A model generated the notes under the pieces. The model was not told where the DNA came from, did not search any database, and saw nothing but the letters and a program-made list of their open reading frames with translations. The position numbers were made by a program, and so were the translations under genes. From Bispira polyomma (lineage: Eukaryota), in the NCBI GenBank assembly GCA_965649765.1, contig OZ287752.1, positions 12,958,001-13,022,000 of the forward strand: 64,000 nucleotides of DNA, written 5' to 3'. Of this stretch, positions 52,001-64,000 are shown piece by piece (position 1 is the stretch's first letter; the number at the start of each line of letters is the position of its first letter).

Positions 52001-53976
52001 AGTTCTTGTTTTTTACCATTTATCAAATCTAAATTTTCAGGTGTTTGACCTTCTAACTGTTCAATTTCACTTACAAGCAGTGTTTCCGCTGTGGCGTTTT
52101 TACGTTTTTTCAAACTTGAATATTTAATGGTTTCTTCTCTTCTTCTAAGTAAGAGCGTCTCTAGAAAAAGATCATCAGGGATTGTTAATTGTTTTTCACT
52201 AACTGCGATGTGGGAGAAATTTTCAAAGTTATACACTGGGATGGCATACTTAAATTCTTCTTAAAGAATATATTTGTTAATCAAGCACAAATAGTCTTTA
52301 TCTTTCAATAAATGACAGTTTAGCTTCCATAAACCCTTTCCTCTTTGAAATTTATTTATTAAGATGTGTATTTGTACCATTGAATGATCTGACCTGTATC
52401 CAGGGTTAATATCTACTGCACTTATTAAATCAGTTAAAGATGAAGAGACAATGATATAATCCAATCTGGCTTGTTTAATAGGATTTTTCTTGCGCCAAGT
52501 ATAACGTCTCATTTCTGGATGAAGATAGCGGAAAATATCCACCAAATTGCGTTTTGTTATAGTATTTAGTACTAGATTTCTATTTTTAGGATTGTTCAAA
52601 TTGACTTAGTTGTAGCTGTCCAAATCGGGGTCCAAGATCAAATTAAAGTCCCCACACCAAATAACATAATCTTGTTCAGATTTGTCCATGTAGTTTTCGA
52701 CTGATGTAAAGAATGGCTCATTTTCTGTGTTTGGGGCATATATATTAATTAATCGGATCTTAATATCGCTTATTTTTATATCCAGTATAATCATGTTGGA
52801 TTCCTCGTGACCTTAATGACCTTTAAAATTTTGTATTCAAAATTATTTCGAAGCAATATTGCCACTCCTTGTGCATTACTACGATCACCATTTAAAATTA
52901 TATCTCCATCCCAATAATTCAAAATATTTGACTAGTCCGATTTAACTAAATGTGTATCTTGTAAACACACATAATATTTACCATCGTATCTTTTAGATAG
53001 TTTAGGACATCATATCTCTTTTCCTTACTAGCTAGTCCGTGGCAATTTAGGGATATTAACTTTAGTCTTTCTCCCATTCTATAATTATTGTACATATTAA
53101 CCGATAACCATAAGTGGGAGCCGCTACACAAATTGCTTCTAGAAAAACTAGCTGTTTCAAATGCCTCAGCTGGAAATGTAAGAACATGTTATTTGTAATA
53201 TTATGATTATTTATGAGCTCATGTATAATTACTTCATACACATACAAAATCAGTTTCAACAAACACGTACCTTGGCTATACTTTTCAAGTGCTTGAATGA
53301 TACTTTTGCAGTTGACTGCAACCCTGTATAACTCAACATTTTCTATGTTATAAAAGTGTAACAAACTTAATGTAATAGAGGACATTTGTATAACTTGATT
53401 AAAAATATATACACTTAAACATACAAAAATAAAAAAAAATTTAAAAATCAGTACTGACAGAAATATATGTGAGTTACTGTATATAACATAATAAGGCCAG
53501 GTTTCCTATCAGGCATTTTTAAACAGAATTATCTTAATAATCCTTTGGAAATTAAATGTTATTGTCAACATCAGTCCAACTTGACTGTAAATGAAAGACA
53601 AGATATTCTGAAACTTACTCTATATAATGTTACATTTCATTGACATGCAGACACTAGTAGTATCTACTTAAGCTTTAATGGTTTATTTTACTTCGCCAGT
53701 ATATTGTTAACTAAACGCTCTATTTCGATCTAGTGTTCATTTCTGCTACCTATATATTATGTAAGCATGCCTGATGGAGATTGTTGTTATACAGACATCA
53801 GTATTATGCACATACTTGTATATATATACAAAAATTGGTCAAAATTATATACGAGTCCCCAGTTAGGTTGCCATTTGCTGTAACAGTAATTATGACCGAA
53901 TAAACTGAATAGGTCTTGTGTTAATTTAAATACTTTATTCTACAACAAAATATTTTTTTATACTACCATGTCTAAT
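49025..53976 (-). mobile_element. L1/Tx1-clade LINE, decayed ORF2, no ORF1 seen
   Basis: APE endonuclease (SLNCHGL, INIYAPN, CGDFN, RLDYI, SDH), RT (IDFEKAFDS, RQGDPISPYLF, QFADDT) and a C-terminal Cys/His motif. Poly(A) at ~49025-49045. 16-bp TSD tacgttgagtaatatt at 49009-49024 and 53977-53992; empty site in copy C ~40220. Confidence 0.93.
49302..53100 (-). pseudogene. LINE ORF2 (EN-RT), fragmented
   Basis: Seven collinear ORF fragments in the ORF track between 49302 and 53131. Confidence 0.88.
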
Positions 53977-54375
53977 TACGTTGAGTAATATTGATCATAT
54001 AGGACAATACATGTAAAAATATTTACCAATCTTAAAATTAACACAAATAAATGAAACACAACACACATCATTAGATGGACTATAAATTATATGTTATCAT
54101 ATATTAATTACTCACCACTGAAAAGTGTAAGCCAAAACAGCCATTGGACCATCATATTTACTGATTAAGAAATTATAGAAAAATATTCACATTATTAGAA
54201 TACATAAGTCTATGTCCCTCAATGTGTGTGGTGAAGGTACATGTATTATGTTATACGTGGAACAAATAAGGAAGTTATTTCATAAATACTGGATATCCAA
54301 AGGAGTACCTTTATGTCAATAGGAATATGAAGAGGGCAAATGTTATACTTGACTCTTTGATATCTATACAAATGT

Positions 54376-54383
54376 ATACATAT

Positions 54384-54457
<74 letters not shown>
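54376..54457. repeat. (TA)n microsatellite upstream of the copy D start
   Basis: Direct reading; not expanded at the paralogous position upstream of copy C (~40595). Confidence 0.9.
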
Positions 54458-54459
<2 letters not shown>

Positions 54460-56869
54460 TGTGTTTATAATACAATAGTGTATTTTTCCCAGAAATTGAA
54501 GTACAATTACAAATATCAGAATTCAATATGTGCTGAAACACTTTGCATGTGAATATTATTATTATTATTTTTGTATATTTCTTGGTTTCCATAAAATAAT
54601 TCTCATAATGTAGATCTGTACATTTTAGTACAACATCAATATACATACATAGTTACTTATAACTATGTATTTTAAAGAAAAGCAAAGAAATTTAAGGTGA
54701 AACTTGCAAAGCACAATGTATAAAGCATGTAAAACTGATAAGTAACTATTTATATACTGTCAGTTACCCGGGACAATGTAGGTCCTATAAAGGTAATGTT
54801 AAGGCATTAGGTTTAGGTCAAAAGTATATGGCAACAAACGCTGGTGTATTTTTATATCCATCAAAATAGAATTTTAAAGCCTAAGAAGGACTAGATTAAA
54901 TTAGATTAATTCAGTGTTCAAATTTTAAGACCAATTTATGTTTACTGTTATATTTAATGTCATGTTTTTTATATCATACATTACATTCATTGATCAATGT
55001 GTACAGTGTAAACTAACAATGGGCTCATATCTAAATAAATAGACGTTAAATTAGTTGGTCTCATAAAACATTATTAATACAATACATTTGTAATAATAGT
55101 GAAGATACTGCAGATAAATCCTTAAGTATATTCGGCTGTCTCCAATAATATAAGGCAATTCTTGTTTTAGGGACGTAATGTCTTGCTTATTAATTATCCA
55201 AGAGGTTTGGGATGTGAAAGCAACTGCAAATCATAGTCTGGGAACCTTCTGAGCAGGTCAGTATGTTTGTGTCATGAAATTAGGTGATAGATAGTCATAG
55301 GTTCAATCTTTCCAGCAGGTTAGATTCGACCATTGACCCCTCCCTCAAAATCAAATAACTGTGTCCATACATTTCTTATATGAGCCTTATATGTTATTCT
55401 AGTATCTTAAAAACTTGTAAAATATTAAAAATATATATTATTGAAGCACATATTTTGTAGTTATAAATGCTTTAGAAACATAAAAAATTCAATATTGGCG
55501 AAATTGTGTTATATTTTTCATTCTTAATATGCCTAATTAATGTGAGGCATCTTCTAAAGCACAACAACAGAATCAATTAGTCAATCAAAAAGTCCAAAAA
55601 GCATAGCCAATGTTGTAAGGAAGGATGTATGTATGTGGGGAACTGATGTAAACCTCACGAAGTGTTTCAAGTGATCTAAGGTCAACTGGCGAAATATTTC
55701 ATAATAAAGGGGCAGCAATAGAGAAACCTCCAAATCCAGCCCTGTTGGTAGGCTTCCGTGAAAGAACGGCAAGTTGCAAGGTAGGAGGGATTCGGTGAGG
55801 TAACAGCTTTGCATGTGGTTACATGGATTTAAAATAGGATAAGAATCAAATGTTATTTGTTAAAACAGAGATAGACTTCAGGCCGATTTTTCTGACGAGC
55901 AATAACTCCACACAGGCAGCTTTGAAGGGACTGTAATGTGTGGTGGCCATCTTGTTTTTTAATAAGGCCAAAGTTCAGCAGAAGCAAGAATTTATAACAG
56001 TAAACATAATTTTAAATTTGCTAAGGCTACCTTCAATAGGTTTCCTGTGAGAGTGTTAATAAAATATAATCTCCTCGCTTAACATGTGAACAAAAGTATC
56101 AACCAGATATCAAACAGATTATGACCTGGTTAAAAAATCAGAAAAATGTATCGACAGACACTTTGCAGTTACAAATTTGGAGAGAGTTACAAAAATTCAC
56201 AAATAAGATTTCAACTTAGATTTTAAAATCTTTTAATATGGGAAGGAATCATTCTGAGACTGTCATTCCAAAGTTATAGCCCCTGCAAATTATCTGTTTC
56301 TACATGGCATTGACTTGGGATGTGATATGCCTTGATTTTGACCAATGTTGACTCTATGTGGGTTGTACAAAAATTAGATCACTCCAGTAAGTTGGTGCCA
56401 GTTAATTCTAACACTAGAACACTACAGAATTTACTTTAAAATCATTTATGAATCATAGAAAATATATTTACTTAACCTGTAGAATAAATAGTAAAATATG
56501 AGTCTCATGACCTCAAATGATGCTCCAATAATAATGTTAACTGTTCCAGGTTAACAAAGTTCAGCTTAAAGGTTAATAAAATTATTTAATATCAAGATTA
56601 TACAACAAAGTATGCAGATTATGAAATAATGAAAATAACAAAAATTAGTAAACTATATGTACAGCTTATTGTCATCTATGAACAGGATGCACAACAGACT
56701 CCAGTCCAGTTATTAATTAAGTACATGTAATATGGTATCACAAAATGTTTCTAACATCTAAGTATCTAAAGTTCATTAAGTATATACACAATAACTTTCC
56801 TTGTTATAAATATATGTTTTGGTCAAGTTCTGTTCTTCTGTACATCTCTAGGGTTTAAGCAGCAGATCC

Positions 56870-59800
56870 TCAGTTAATTGTTTCATATGTCACTTGCTGC
56901 AATGACAATGTTATTCTATTTGAGTTAAAGTAATAAGTTGAGTTAATATCAATTAAAACAATTCTTTGCACTCGAGTTATGATATTTAGATATGATTGTT
57001 TGAGGAGTATCAATTATTTCATGGCCATACCTTTAAATCTGCATACTCAGCTGGTGGTGTATGTTCCTCTGGTTTTGTCATCTTATAGTTGCTGATGTCA
57101 TGGGTAGATGTTACATCTTCAAATGTTGTTGGACCTTGGTTCTTCAAAATATGTCACATTTAAATAACAACATGTTACAAGACATAACTAATGTAAAAAT
57201 GCCCAAACAAAACTAGTATGTAAGTGTATTAAAGATAATGTTGTGCTTTTCATGACTTACTGAAGTCCCATTGGTAGTGTCATCATTTTGGTTCTGTCTC
57301 CTTCTGAACAAAACAATCAGTACAATTAAGGCAACTGTAAGGAAACTAACCATGGTAACTGATATTGCTGCTATTGCTACAACATCTGCAGAAGTGGATG
57401 AAAAGGAAACATTAAACCTTACAAGGCTTATAGTTCTAAACAATAATGTGTTGAGTGTTAAATTATATACTTTTGTAGTGTAAACATTTTCTTTTCCTAT
57501 ATTACAGATATGTTGTCTTTCAGAGGTCAACTTACTTTTGTCAGTTATTGTAAATTGCTTAGCTGTTACTTCATCAGTATCCTGATATATTACAAAGTAG
57601 TACTCCTCTCCATCATATACTGTGTCCGCTGTATATTGTAACATTGACATCAGTAATTTTGTAAATTGAAATGCAATTTTGTCGTCCTTTGTAACACTTT
57701 GATAATGCAGCTCTTGTGTAGTTTCCATCTATGTGTTCCCAGTACAAGACCACAATCTCGTCATATATGTTTGCCTTTAATAACCCTCTCACAGATGGTA
57801 GACCGTAGGTAAAGTAAAAATAATAACTACATGTCTAAGGTAAATCCTGTAATGGTGATTCCTTCATATTTGCTTTCAAATGTATTTATTTACTAGTATT
57901 TAAAGTGGTTTCATGACTCCTCAAGTACATCAATATCATAAAATAGCATATTTAGTATATAAATAATATGGAGAATATATTCTAGTTTCATAGTCCCTTG
58001 GTCAAAAATACATTGATTGAACAATAATAGCTGCATAGCTAAATACAGGCTGGTACCTAAAGTTGTAACTGATATCTCTGGCTGGTGATCACCTTCCCCA
58101 TATTGGTTTTGAGCTTGAACCCTAAAGAAGTACTCTGTATCAGGTGATAAACTTGACACTTTGTACATAGTTCTTTTGCTATGTTCACTGGTCTGAATTT
58201 CATCATAATACAGTATTTTAGTGTCCCCGTGATGCCTGTAATACCCTATAAATGTTTGTTTTACAAAACTCCTGCCGGCAATCTATGACATAGTCACTGA
58301 TATGGCAGTTATTGACTCAAAAATAAAGGAATGTGGTGGTTCTGGGAAACCTGAAACACATGCAATAGAAAACATTTACCAATAAACATAAGTAACACTA
58401 AAAATGTTAGTAATTAACCATATTAAAACTCAGTATGAGGGATTCGTTCACTACAATTTTGTATCGTTCTGTTAGCATACACAAATGTCATACTGGCAAT
58501 TACTGGCATGTGGTAACGAGAAACTAGTGTCACTGATCACAACTACGAATGATAACTATTACAAATGGTCCATTAACCAGGGGCCAAAACTGTTCACCAT
58601 TTGTTAAAAAAAAGCTGCCCAGTCGAATATTTGTTTGTTTAAAGTCCCTGACCCTGGTGTTCTAAATACAATCAGAATACATTTGCAGGATGGAACAGAT
58701 TACATATGTTATGAACCCTAGAAAATTCAATTTAAATATTGACCATAGTGAAACAAACCTCTTTCCAGTAACTTCGGTGAAAAACTAACAGGCTGTTGAA
58801 TACCATTAGTCACAGTAACTGTATACACTGCGTAGTCTTCTATTTGTACAGTATTTATTACAAGTTCTGTGATAAATACCTCATCACTTGTTTTTCTTGA
58901 ATATACACCATCAGTGATATGTGATCCACCCTCTTTGCTCCAGATAAAGGCTGCTTCAACATCACTAAACACAGAAAAAGCTCTAACTGTGACATTAAGA
59001 GTCACTTGTTGATTTAGTCCAGCATAGAAAACAAGACTATCTCTGCTGAGTAGAAGTGGTGGATCTGAGGATACAGTGATATAAATCTAGTACAACAAAT
59101 GTTAAAGACATAGTTAGACACATCCCCACTACATTCCCTACAGTACATCTACCTAATTACTTCCAATATACAACATCATGTATTTATCCTGTTTCACTCA
59201 CTATTGTATTCCCTGAAGTACATCTACCTAAGTACTTACAATGTACAACAACCTGTATCAGACACCACTGTATTCGCTACAGTACATCAACCTAATTACT
59301 TACTTTTTACAACAATCTGTATCTCTCCTGTATCACTTCCCACTGTATTCACTAAAGTACATCTACATAATTACTTGCAATGTGCAACGTTTGGGATTTC
59401 TTCTCTATCACTCCCCAGTATATTTCCTGGAATACATCTACATAATAACTTACAATGAATGTATAATAATCTGTGTTTCCCCTGTATCACTACCCACTTT
59501 ATTCCCTGCTGTACATCTATAAACCCCTGCATCAATGTACACTGTACTCTCTATCACCAGTTCTATATTCTCTCTCTGGTTTGGTAGAGCCTGAGATATG
59601 GCGTCTGTATATTTAGGTTCAAACTCCCAGAATTGACTGGTGATTTCCACAGGGTTACCAACATCAATGGTATAGCCAATAACTAGCTCTGATCCTTCTT
59701 GTAAGGTGTCTAATGCACTTTGAGCTGATATGTCTGAAGGATCTGTTTAACACAGAGAAAGGAACATAAAACTAAACCAAAATAAAGTAATGGTAGCACA

Positions 59801-61160
59801 ATAAATATAGTTTTGGTAACACCAGCGACTATGTAATTCATGTTTTACTGTATAATTTTAACAGACCAAACTTACATAATACACTATTCGTCAGCTTTTC
59901 AGACTCATCTTATTCATATTCCCACCCCAAGTACAGATCATTGTCATCAGCTCTACAGTAAAACTGGGCTCCATTATATATCATCCTTGTTAACAGTGAG
60001 CTCATACTCCAGTGTTTTGGCTGTCATCTGTGTTAGATGTGTAGCTACTCCCTGTCTGTACAACCTCAGTCTACCTTAGGATTACTGTCTACTTCACAAG
60101 TCAAGGTCAACAGTGTATTCACAATCACTGATGACGATGGAACAGCTGTAGGTTTACTCACTGATGTTGGAATATCTGAATAATGTATAGTATTTAAAAG
60201 TAAAATACATTTTAGTGAAAAAATCAAATAAGTTTTGTCAAACCCATATAACCCTCTGAAACTATTTATTCACAATATTTCATACTGCAATACGTAGACT
60301 GCAATCTACAACGTTCTTAAGCTTGCTTTGATTATATTAATAACATTTTTACCCAGCACACAATCTGTCACTTTTATGCATAACCAATATAAATTGCAGC
60401 ATGTAGAGTCACCTGAAATACAGATTTGTAAAAAACATAGTATGCTTTGAGTGCAAGTAACAAACATTCTACAATGCCAATATTATTTCTGTTGTGTCAT
60501 AGATGTATATATAATATATCCACGCACTTCTATACTTTCTATAATTATAGTATAATCCAGGGTTTCTATGATGTTTTCACTATTTCTATTGGTCCCTCAC
60601 CCCAGGTCAGTTGACATTGTACTCCTTGACCTTGCTGACCATGATTAGAGTGTATGTGTATAAGTCACTGTATAAGTCTGCCCATTACTCTCCTCACTCT
60701 CTGTCTCAACACCTACACTGTAGTAGTCACTACCTACTTTTTCTCTATAGTCTGTTGATTCTTGACCTTGATAGATGGAGGACACTTCACACTGGATGGT
60801 TTTGGGTGCACCCTCAAATACAATACCTATTATAGAAAGGCTCACTGAATCTGGGACAACTGAAATAAATATGATTATATGTAATATATATTTCAAACCT
60901 TTCAATGTCACAATATAAAACAAAAGATTTTATATGATGTAACATTGTAAATTTCAAAAGTAAAACTCAAACTTATTTCCTTGTTGCAGGATTGGAGTAT
61001 CTACACAACATAAAAATTGTACACCATCGGTCAGTATGTCTACATTATTTACAGTCAGCCTGTGTTCTGCACCATTGAACTCATACTCTACATCTCTCCC
61101 AATGAACTCATTCTACAATGTACTCGACTTGACGTAGCTAGATTATAGCAGTCAAGTAAT
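56870..61160 (-). pseudogene. IgSF receptor copy E, most degraded; V exon only a fragment (~61017-61160), leader not found
   Basis: Exons 3-11 recognisable, with frameshifts in exons 3, 4 and 8 and TAG in FN3. The V remnant is class-II-like. Confidence 0.82.
59115..59520. repeat. Tandem ~78-bp repeat (about 5 units) built from the 3' end of Ig exon 5 plus its splice donor
   Basis: On the minus strand the units read tagatgtac..gggaatacagtggg..gatacagg..ttgtacatt|gtaagtaatta. Confidence 0.75.
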
Positions 61161-61606
61161 CTGACCCCTACTGTGTCCAAACTTTAAAGGCTTTAAAATA
61201 TAGTATAAAACTGAACTTATGTATTATTAAATATATTGGAGTTATGAATTCTTTTGGAACATAACAAAAATTTAATATTGTATTGTAATTTTCATTTTTA
61301 ATGCGTCATATTGATGCAAGGCATCTTCTAAAGCAAAACAACAGAATCAATTAACAATCAAGAAGTTTAAAAAACATAGCTATTGTCATCAGGAAGCATG
61401 TGGGGTGTACAGGGAGGGAATTAAGGGGATAACTGAGTTTGAAGAGATAGGTTTTAAACTTTTTTCTACACTCAGAAAGTGTTTGAAGTGGTCTTAGCTC
61501 AATTAGGAGACTATTGCATAACACAGCGGCAGCGAAAAAAAAGGTAAGTAGGATGTTGAGAGATAACAGCTTTGAATGTGGTTCCATAGATTTGAAACAA
61601 AAATAA

Positions 61607-62199
61607 ATAGAGTACTTTTAGAGTACTTCAGTAACTGTGGAGAGCAAAGGTTCGTTTCTCAGTGGGTTTGTCTTCTATGAAGGTTAAATAAAAATTTAGC
61701 CCCCATGCCCCTCGCAAAAATGTGGGCTAAATCTGTGAGAGCTGCAAATCCTAATATTACCTTTTTAATGGTTTGGCCTACAATGCTGCATAGTTTCTGG
61801 GGCTTGTTGGGGTCACGAAATTTCATATTTTACTGTCTATAACACAACTGAACATAATCAGAGCTTTCATAATTGAGCTTTCAGAGTTAAAAATTGGCAG
61901 CCATCTTGGATTTGAAGGTCAAAAATAGGTCAAATCATCAAAAAAAATCAAAAATGAATTCCTTGACCCAAAAAGTCCCAGAAATGATGTACTATGCAGC
62001 ATTGTAGGCCAAACCATTAAAAAAATCAAAAATGGCTGCCGACGGCCATTTTTGATTTTCAGCTCTTACAGATTTAGCCTGCATGTTGCGAGGGGCATGG
62101 GGGCTAAAATTATTATTTAACCTTTATAGAAGACAAATTCACTTAGAAATGAACCTTCGCTCTCCACTGTTAGGGCAGTACTCTAAATGACCCAACTAT
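61607..62199. mobile_element. Palindromic non-autonomous DNA transposon (MITE)
   Basis: ~140-bp imperfect terminal inverted repeats (tttagagtact...ggagagc.aaggttc.tttct...cccccatgcccctcgc) plus an internal IR 61762-61794/61991-62024. Interrupts sequence that is contiguous in paralogous flanks (e.g. ~5330-5370). Confidence 0.8.
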
Positions 62200-64000
62200 G
62201 AAGCCAATGTAATTTGTTGAGGAATGGGGGACATCAGTACTGTAGCTGGTTTATTCAGAGATTTTTATCCCAAACAGAAGGGAATTGCAGTAGTCAGTAT
62301 GGCTACTTACAAGGAATTTATCCACAGTGATGGGAGTTCTCTAGTGACAAGTGATTTCTGAATCTTTTGATACCAGGAATGTGATAGTAACAAGAGCAAC
62401 AAATGTTATTGATGTGTGCATCAAATGGGAAAGTGGGATCAATAGTGACACCGAGGGCTATATGTCATTGCCTAGTAGTGTAATGGGGAATAATAATCTT
62501 AAGTACTTACTGTGTTTGTTGCTAACAATAAGAATAAATTTAGTTTTGTCAGGATTTAATTTCAATTTAAAGCTCATATTTTAATCTCATGAAACATTAG
62601 TAATACAAGAAGTTTGTATAATATTTTGAAATAGTTGATAGTTTTAATAGTTTGAATAATGTAGGCACTGCAGAGACTTAGTATATTCGACTTTAATAAA
62701 AATAACAATGCAGATAGTTTTATTAGCTACCACCTATGATTTGTGTAATGGTATAATACATGTGTGCTCTATTTTGCTATGGGAAATACTAAATGTTAAC
62801 GATTTAGTACACAATGCCTTGTACACTTCAAATTTAGTGTATTCAGGTTCTTTAAAAACACTGTATAATTTTTTTTAATTATTGACTGAGAATCTTTTCA
62901 GCAGGTTAGATTTGACCTTTGACTCTTTCCTCAAGGTCAATTGGCTTATAACTTGCTTATTATGGGTCGTTTACATTAGGAAATAATGGCTGGGAATTTG
63001 TTCAGCAGGTAAGGTTTGACCCTCCGTCAAGATCAAATGGCTGTCTCCAATTATGTAAGGCCCTTCTTGTTTTAGGGACGTAATGTCTTGCTTGATAATG
63101 GTCCCAGAGGTTTGGTATGTGCAACCAATTAGCTGCAAATTGTAGTCTGGGAATCTTCTGAGCATGTCAAATTTAACCCGTTCTTCAAGTTCAAAAGAGT
63201 GTGTCCATACTACTTATTGGTCAACAGGTATGTGTCATAAAATTATGTTATAGAAAGTTATAGGCTTAATCTTTTTTGCAGGTTAGATTCGACCCTTGAC
63301 CTCTCCCTCAAGGTCAAATAACTGTATCCATACATTAAGAGCCTTATATCTTCTCTGAGTTAAAAATAGTATCTTAAAACTGGTAAAAACTATATATTAT
63401 TGAAGCTATAAATGCTTAAGAAAATTTAAAAACTTCAATATTGGCCAAAATTGTATTGCATTTTTTTAGGGGGGGGGGGGGGGGGGGAGAGGGGAACTTA
63501 AGGTGGCCAAGAGAATTTGAAGGGATAGGTTTTAAGTTTTTTCTAAACTCAGGAATTGTTTCCAGTGATCTAAGGTCAACTGTAAACATATTTCATAACA
63601 AAGGGGCAGCAATAGAGAAAGCTCCATATCCAGCCCTGTTGGTAGGTTTCCCTTCTTAAGTTTGCTGAGAGAAAGGCAAGCAGCAAGGTAGGAGGGATGC
63701 GGTGAGATAACACATTTGAATGTGGTTACATGGATTTAAAACAAGTAATCATTCTGAGACTGTCATTTTAAAGTTATAACCAGTGTAAAATATCTGTTTC
63801 TACATGGTATTGACTTGGGATGTGATATGCCCTAATTTTGACCAGTGTTCACTCTATGTGGGTTGTACAATAATTAGATCACTCCAGTTAGTTGGTGACA
63901 GTTAATTCTAACACTAGAACACTACAGAATTTACTTTAAAATTATTTATAAATCATAGATGACTATGGTTATACAGATTGCTGAATTTTTTGTGAAATAT

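Larger units (their letters stand above)
42384..54155 (-). pseudogene. IgSF receptor copy D (class-II leader/V), LINE in intron 1, duplicated FN3 exon
   Basis: Leader 54116-54155 and V exon 48548-48934 are open. Exon 3 acceptor is deleted, exon 4 has TGA, exon 5 has lost Cys/Trp. Two FN3 exons (~43670-43950 without acceptor; ~44498-44791 with TAG). The last exon starts with TAA. Confidence 0.85.

Noticed and set aside
6331-61160. Single Dscam-like gene with alternative exon cassettes, or pure assembly artefact
   Set aside because: Each unit has its own TM and stop exon (A-D also their own leader) and copy-specific TE insertions, so these are separate duplicated genes. Only the near-identical tracts need read-level checking.

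Overview
AT-rich eukaryotic (metazoan, probably invertebrate; inferred) genomic DNA with spliceosomal introns and no prokaryotic features. The core is a minus-strand tandem array of at least five paralogs (A 6331-13620, B 17193-23703, C 33520-40395, D 42384-54155, E 56870-~61160) of an 11-exon type-I membrane immunoglobulin-superfamily gene. The layout is signal peptide, V-set Ig, four further Ig domains, FN3, an FN3-like domain, TM, and a cytoplasmic tail with ITSM/ITIM-like tyrosine motifs. By manual splicing only copy C is intact (831 aa); the others carry frameshifts, stops or deletions. Constant exons are roughly 90% or more identical among A-C (D and E more diverged), but two divergent promoter+leader+V modules (V domains about 37% identical) are spliced onto them, and copies are mosaics of each other. 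The last kilobase matches the 3' flank of a probable sixth copy. Interspersed elements: two decayed DIRS/Ngaro-type tyrosine-recombinase retrotransposons (1-~4750; 23756-29401, with 211-bp direct terminal repeats and a predicted spliced gag-recombinase fusion), a 4.95-kb L1/Tx1-type LINE with a 16-bp TSD, a truncated LINE, two tRNA-derived SINEs with TSDs, a palindromic MITE, old L2/CR1 fragments and two ~28-bp minisatellites. All identities and counts were done by eye and should be confirmed by alignment.
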